A program made the position numbers and the translations under genes. 32,000 bases of DNA from an uncultured Pseudomonadota bacterium. Its GTDB lineage: Bacteria; Pseudomonadota; Alphaproteobacteria; Rs-D84. Shown piece after piece: positions 27,618 to 32,000 of this stretch. The notes beneath the pieces were generated by a model. The model was not told where the DNA came from. It ran no database searches and was given only the letters and a program-made list of their open reading frames with translations. Position 1 is the stretch's first letter; each line of letters begins with the position of its first letter. The stretch covers positions 5,649 to 37,648 of the forward strand of contig CACYHY010000006.1 of assembly GCA_902774305.1 (NCBI GenBank), read 5' to 3'.

Positions 27618-28064
27618 TCAAAGTGATAAGGCAAAAAAACTTTCTAATTTTTTTTGATTCAAAAAATTTTGCGCAGGCAAAAACAAATTTTCTTTATGCT
27701 TTTTCAACATATAATCTACATTCATCCAATACCATCCAGAACATTTATCCGGTTCCATAACATATGCTGTACGAAAAACAGGTAATTTTGCATGACAATG
27801 TATCGTTATATAATGCTTATCAGAAAATATATCATTTGTTACACCAACAATACGAAAATCATCTGGTTTTAAATGAATATTTGTTTCTTCAATCAATTCA
27901 CGTGCTGCACATTGTTCTGGGGTTTCACCGAATTCCAAATGGCCACCCGGTGGTGCCCATGTGCCATTACCATGTTTGGACAAGCGATATCCAAATAAAG
28001 TCTGTCCATTTGGGTCTTGAACCCAAGCCCCCACACCAACACGAACAATATTATTTTCAGACAT
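27618..28064 (-). CDS. Nudix hydrolase, paralogue 1 (148 aa)
   Basis: Nudix box GGHLEFGETPEQCAARELIEETNI. Start placed at the ATG at 28064 (GGAG 6 nt upstream); the ATG at 28076 is also possible. Confidence 0.85.
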   Translation of the reverse strand: MSENNIVRVGVGAWVQDPNGQTLFGYRLSKHGNGTWAPPGGHLEFGETPEQCAARELIEETNIHLKPDDFRIVGVTNDIFSDKHYITIHCHAKLPVFRTAYVMEPDKCSGWYWMNVDYMLKKHKENLFLPAQNFLNQKKLESFFALSL

Positions 28065-28084
28065 TTTTTGCTCCATATACCTAC

Positions 28085-28112
28085 ACTATAACCCCCAATA
28101 AACGAAACACAA
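28085..28112 (-). promoter_or_regulatory. Candidate promoter for Nudix-1/mltG
   Basis: Minus strand TTGTGT (28112-28107), 16 nt, TATAGT (28090-28085). Confidence 0.35.
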
Positions 28113-28128
28113 TTATTTTTTATAAAAA

Positions 28129-28159
28129 TTGACAAACAATATCTTTGTATTATTATAAT
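28129..28159 (+). promoter_or_regulatory. Promoter, leaderless-type, of the radical-SAM gene
   Basis: TTGACA (28129-28134). TATTAT at 16-nt spacing or TATAAT (28154-28159) at 19 nt. The ATG at 28166 is 6 nt after the -10, with no SD. Confidence 0.5.
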
Positions 28160-28165
28160 AATACC

Positions 28166-29002
28166 ATGAATAAAGAATTAGTTATCAGTTTCAAAATTAC
28201 AAATTGGTGCAATCTACACTGCGACCACTGTTGTGAACGCAGTAATAAACACAACAAACCAAACTTTATGTCTTTGGAAAAAATGGAAAGATTTTTATCT
28301 GAATCCAAAACTATGGACATTCGCCCAAACCAATTATTAACTATTGGTGGTGGCGAAGCATTGGCACCATATATGTTTGGACAACCACAATATATCCCCA
28401 GCGCACTGGATTTAATATATTCTTATGATTATATTCCTACATTAAAAACAAATGGAACATGGGGCAATAATAATTCTTTGCGTCCACTGATATTATCAGA
28501 TATTGCGCGTTGCGCGTATAAACATATGAAACTGGTAACATTGGATATATCTGTGGACGAATTCCACGACAACAAAAGTGGCGTTATAAAAATCATGCGC
28601 GATATATTATGCACCCCCGATTTATGCTACGCGATTCGCATTTGTCTTGTTGGATTTAATACACCAGAATCCGCCGCAACATTGCTTAATGTAAAACAAC
28701 AATTAACAGAAAATAAATTTGAAATAGATGAATTGCCTAATAAAGATTGGGCGGTTTATGCCCCGAATCAATCTTATGGTGCATATGTAATAAATAATTT
28801 TGGTGCCCCTATTTATAACTTGGGACGCGCAAAACAAACAAAAACATTTACATCAATCGCAAACCCAAATGGCAACGATGGTTCTAATTGTTTACAAATC
28901 GATAATAACGATTACGCAATTTTGAATTACACATATCGTGAGCCAATTAAAAATCGCACATTAAATGAAGTCGTTTCTTCTTTGATGACAAAAGCACGTT
29001 AA
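28166..29002 (+). CDS. Radical SAM enzyme of unassigned subfamily (278 aa)
   Basis: CNLHCDHC = CX3CX2C at aa 15-22. TIGGGEAL (GGE SAM motif). ...LKTNGT... I saw no SPASM-like C-terminal Cys cluster. Start set at the ATG at 28166 (the ORF track begins at TTG 28145). Confidence 0.8.
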   Translation: MNKELVISFKITNWCNLHCDHCCERSNKHNKPNFMSLEKMERFLSESKTMDIRPNQLLTIGGGEALAPYMFGQPQYIPSALDLIYSYDYIPTLKTNGTWGNNNSLRPLILSDIARCAYKHMKLVTLDISVDEFHDNKSGVIKIMRDILCTPDLCYAIRICLVGFNTPESAATLLNVKQQLTENKFEIDELPNKDWAVYAPNQSYGAYVINNFGAPIYNLGRAKQTKTFTSIANPNGNDGSNCLQIDNNDYAILNYTYREPIKNRTLNEVVSSLMTKAR

Positions 29003-29409
29003 AGAACTTTTTGATTTAATAAATTTTGCACAGGCCAAAACAAGTTCTGCGGTAAATTACCCATATCAAACCAATACCATCCTGCGCATTTATCTTTCTC
29101 TATCACAGATGGCATCATTTTTACATCTTTCACACGATAATGAGCATTTATATAATGCAACCCATTTGCTATATCTTCCGTTTTACCTAAAGATTCCAAC
29201 ATACGTGGCGTTATATGAATACCCGTTTCTTCCCACGTTTCACGAATCGCGGCATCAACCAAACTTTCACCCGCATCAGGTTTACCGCCTGGTACAGACC
29301 ACATACCATAACCCTGTTTAGACAAACGCAATCCCATTAAAACCTGATTATTTGGATTAAACAACCAAACCCGAACACCTGTCTTAATAATATTTTCATT
29401 TGGTGTCAT
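28999..29409 (-). CDS. Nudix hydrolase, paralogue 2 (136 aa)
   Basis: Nudix box [24 protein letters not shown]. Trimmed to the ATG at 29409 ([15 protein letters not shown]...), because the upstream part of the ORF is read through tRNA-Pro. Confidence 0.85.
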   Translation of the reverse strand: MTPNENIIKTGVRVWLFNPNNQVLMGLRLSKQGYGMWSVPGGKPDAGESLVDAAIRETWEETGIHITPRMLESLGKTEDIANGLHYINAHYRVKDVKMMPSVIEKDKCAGWYWFDMGNLPQNLFWPVQNLLNQKVL

Positions 29410-29440
29410 AACAAACCCTATGCATATAAAAAACAAAATA

Positions 29441-29517
<77 letters not shown>

Positions 29518-29561
29518 TATTGCAATAGATGTTAGCAATATAAAAACAAAACACAATTATT

Positions 29562-30812
29562 TTATTTTACACGTTTAAATATCACAGAAGCATTTGTTCC
29601 ACCAAATCCAAACGAATTACTTAAACTTGCATTTACTTCACGTTTTTGTGCAACATTCGGAACAAGGTTAAAACTACCAACTTCGGGGATAGGATTTTCC
29701 AAATTGATTGTTGGTGGCACAATGTTATCGCGAATAGCCAAAATACTGAATATCGCCTCTATCGCACCAGCCGCCCCTAACAAATGTCCTGTCATAGATT
29801 TGGTCGAAGACATACACGCGCCATTATCACCGAATAATTCACGCACAGCCTCTAATTCACCGACATCACCCAATCCTGTGGACGTTCCATGTGCATTAAC
29901 ATAATCAACATCCGATGGCTTCATACCTGCATCACGCAATGCCATTTGCATAGCACGCATACCACCCGCACCATGTGGCGCTGGGGCTGTTATATGATGT
30001 GCATCAGCGGTCATACCATAACCTGCAACTTCGGCATAAATTTTTGCGCCACGAGAAACAGCGTGTTCATATTCTTCCAAAACCAAAACACCGGCACCTT
30101 CGCCCAAAACAAAACCATCACGCGCTGAATCCCATGGACGCGATGCATGTGTTGGATCATCATTGCGTGTTGACAAAGCCTTCATAGCAGCAAATCCTGC
30201 AACCGCCAAAGGTGTTACTGCCGCCTCGGTTCCACCAGCCAACATTAAATCCGCTGCTCCATTTCTAATAAAAGAAACAGCCTCGGCAATTGCATGCGAA
30301 CCTGTGGCACACGCAGTTGCCACAGAAATATTTGGGCCACGCAAACCATATTTTATAGAAACCTGACCCGCAGTCATATTGATAATAGCCTTGGGCACAA
30401 AGAACGGACTAACAAAACGCGGACCAGAATTTGTTAATTCCAAACACGTATCATAAATTGTTTGAACACCGCCAATACCACTACCAATAGACACACCAAA
30501 CAAATCCTTATCGCCATCATAATCGATTAAACCAGCGTCTTTCATAGCCTCATCTGCAGCAACCATTCCATACATCATCGCCGGATCCATCTTGCGTTGT
30601 TCGCGTGGTTCGACAACAGTATCAGGATTAAATTCACCAGCTTCGGTTCCACGTACAGGAACACCTGCAATCTGGGATGCATATTCAGAAACATCAAATT
30701 TATCAATTTTTCGTATTCCCGACACACCATTCAAAATATTTTTCCATGCATATTCAACCCCAGTTCCAACTGGCGATACAATACCCATACCGGTTACAAC
30801 AACTCTTCTCAT
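29562..30812 (-). CDS. fabF: 3-oxoacyl-ACP synthase II
   Basis: 416 aa; MRRVVVTGMGIVSPVG...ATACATGSHAI...NAHGTSTGLGD...NSFGFGGTNASVIF. It follows acpP. Confidence 0.95.
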   Translation of the reverse strand: MRRVVVTGMGIVSPVGTGVEYAWKNILNGVSGIRKIDKFDVSEYASQIAGVPVRGTEAGEFNPDTVVEPREQRKMDPAMMYGMVAADEAMKDAGLIDYDGDKDLFGVSIGSGIGGVQTIYDTCLELTNSGPRFVSPFFVPKAIINMTAGQVSIKYGLRGPNISVATACATGSHAIAEAVSFIRNGAADLMLAGGTEAAVTPLAVAGFAAMKALSTRNDDPTHASRPWDSARDGFVLGEGAGVLVLEEYEHAVSRGAKIYAEVAGYGMTADAHHITAPAPHGAGGMRAMQMALRDAGMKPSDVDYVNAHGTSTGLGDVGELEAVRELFGDNGACMSSTKSMTGHLLGAAGAIEAIFSILAIRDNIVPPTINLENPIPEVGSFNLVPNVAQKREVNASLSNSFGFGGTNASVIFKRVK

Positions 30813-30873
30813 AACTATATATCCTTTATGTTAAATCGGTCTTATCATAATATATTTCGGAAAAAATATACAG

Positions 30874-30902
30874 AAAAAAAATCCGCCGGCAATCCCGGCG
30901 GA
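30874..30902 (-). terminator. Rho-independent terminator/attenuator between acpP and fabF
   Basis: Minus strand UCCGCCGG-gauug-CCGGCGGA (perfect 8-bp GC-rich stem, 30902-30882) followed by U8. Confidence 0.75.
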
Positions 30903-30922
30903 CATATAACTTAAATCAGATA

Positions 30923-31156
30923 TTATTTTTTGTGAGCATCAATGTATTTAACAGCATCACCGACTTTTTCCAATTTCACTGCATCTTCATCTGGAATTGT
31001 GATATTGAATTCTTTTTCGACTTCCATAACGAATTCAACAACATCCAAAGAATCAGCGCCCAAATCATTGACGAAAGTTGCATCTTCCTTAACATCTTCT
31101 GGTTTGACACCTAATTTTTCAACTATAATCTTTTTAACTTGTTCAAAAGTTGACAT
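30923..31156 (-). CDS. acpP: Acyl carrier protein
   Basis: 77 aa; ...[20 protein letters not shown]... (DSL phosphopantetheine site); AAGGA RBS. Confidence 0.97.
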   Translation of the reverse strand: MSTFEQVKKIIVEKLGVKPEDVKEDATFVNDLGADSLDVVEFVMEVEKEFNITIPDEDAVKLEKVGDAVKYIDAHKK

Positions 31157-31222
31157 TTTTAATCCTTTAAGTTTTGTTAACTCTGTTGCCCTTCAAAACC
31201 CATCGGGCACTAATTAGCCATA

Positions 31223-31251
31223 AATGTATCATTTTAAGGTTCGACTGTCAA
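31223..31251 (-). promoter_or_regulatory. Candidate acpP promoter
   Basis: Minus strand TTGACA (31251-31246), 17 nt, TACATT (31228-31223). Confidence 0.4.
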
Positions 31252-31284
31252 GACATTATAACAAATTATAACAAAACCTTGACA
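31246..31284. repeat. Symmetric element: 7-bp inverted repeats flanking two perfect tandem 10-mers
   Basis: tgtcaag (31246-31252), ac, attataacaa (31255-31264), attataacaa (31265-31274), aac, cttgaca (31278-31284). Confidence 0.85.
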
Positions 31285-31294
31285 AACAATTTTT

Positions 31295-32000
31295 TTAATA
31301 TATACCGAATTTTTCCAATAAATTATTCATATTCGTACGCAAATCTTCACGGTCAGATGCCCAAACCAATTGTCGCATAAAGAATTTATACACATCATCC
31401 ATACGCAAATTTGGCATACCTGCCGCAGTTGCAACATTATGCCAGGCTGTGCGTGGATCCATCAAATGATTCTTGCAGCGACCTACAAAAACCCAATCGC
31501 CATCTTGGGGCATATTTTCCAACAACACAACCGCCACATCTGGCAACGGCCATTCACGCCATAAATAATGATTAAAATCTAATTCATCCCAGCGCATAGA
31601 TAAAACTTTATTCTTTGGCAAAAACGAATAAATCATCATCAAGAATGCATTTTTCATAACTTCGGTTTCTTGACTTTTGATAACATCCAATAAACGCAAA
31701 ACCTTTTCTTCGTTTAATGGGCTAAGCCTACGTTGTTGAACAATTTTTGGCAATCCCAAAACAGGATTATTTTTTGCATATCCTTGATCTATTGCGTATT
31801 TAAACAAACTGGCTAAAACCTCTTGCATACGAGCAGCAATAGCCCTGCCCTTAATTTTTCCGATTACACTTTCGACATCTGCTTTGGAAATATCAGAAAC
31901 ATTTTTATCAAATAATTCGCCCAAATGCATATTTACAGCACGCACCAATTTAACTTCGGAATCTTCACTTCTGCGCACCTGATTTTTTAAATAAATGTCC
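31295..32000 (-). CDS. P4-type tyrosine-recombinase (integrase)-like protein, apparently catalytically degenerate and C-terminally short; 5' end off-window
   Basis: The frame stays open from nt 32000 (...DIYLKNQVRRSEDSEV...) to the stop at 31295. ...ISKADVESVIGKIKGRAIAARMQEVLASLFKYAIDQGYAKNNPV... and ...LMMIYSFLPKNKVLSMRWDELDF... follow integrase core-binding and box-I patterns. The box-I Arg, the HxxR box and the Tyr region are not recognisable. Confidence 0.5.
   Translation of the reverse strand, partial: DIYLKNQVRRSEDSEVKLVRAVNMHLGELFDKNVSDISKADVESVIGKIKGRAIAARMQEVLASLFKYAIDQGYAKNNPVLGLPKIVQQRRLSPLNEEKVLRLLDVIKSQETEVMKNAFLMMIYSFLPKNKVLSMRWDELDFNHYLWREWPLPDVAVVLLENMPQDGDWVFVGRCKNHLMDPRTAWHNVATAAGMPNLRMDDVYKFFMRQLVWASDREDLRTNMNNLLEKFGIY

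Noticed and set aside
28129-28140. TTGACAAACAAT is shared by the rSAM promoter and the site at 31279-31290, and the rSAM promoter closely resembles the one at 2619-2646. This suggested a mobile promoter cassette or a dedicated regulon.
   Set aside because: The unrelated promoter at 261-288 has nearly the same TTGACA-AT-rich-ttgtcTATAAT form. The resemblance is therefore best explained by this organism's generic strong sigma70 consensus in AT-rich DNA. Only the leaderless geometry is kept as a finding.
28166-29002. Assigning the radical-SAM protein to viperin, MoaA or QueE.
   Set aside because: Only the generic CX3CX2C, GGE and TNG motifs are visible. The cluster context (CNLHCDHC) and the C-terminal half do not match what I remember of those families. 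The assignment is left open.

Overview
This is a low-GC Gram-negative chromosome segment transcribed almost entirely on the minus strand. All homology calls were made by eye from the translations, with no searches run.

Core (6.6-25.2 kb): an uninterrupted str-S10-spc-alpha ribosomal superoperon of 31 genes, rpsL-rpsG-fusA-tuf-rpsJ...rplO-secY-rpsM-rpsK-rpoA-rplQ. The lack of rpsD, infA and rpmJ matches the alphaproteobacterial layout. adk, which normally follows secY in that group, is absent. Many spacers are unusually long, and each carries its own hairpin.

Left flank (0.35-6.5 kb): an orphan three-gene locus, each gene with its own promoter and terminator. Two very large Sec-exported cysteine-rich proteins (726 and 944 aa, with 26 and 36 Cys) have a dominant C-x6-C, heptad-like Cys spacing and Gly/Ala-rich hydrophobic blocks. 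They bracket an opposite-strand 2-TM protein that has a leaderless-type start.

Right flank (25.5-32 kb):
- an outer-membrane beta-barrel gene;
- a weak candidate small RNA;
- mltG;
- a Nudix / radical-SAM / Nudix cassette plus tRNA-Pro(CGG), wedged between fabF and mltG;
- acpP;
- a P4-type integrase-like gene that appears to have lost its catalytic residues.

The two best candidates for undescribed biology are the Cys-rich envelope locus and the Nudix-rSAM-Nudix cassette. I saw no CRISPR array, IS or transposase, or rRNA.
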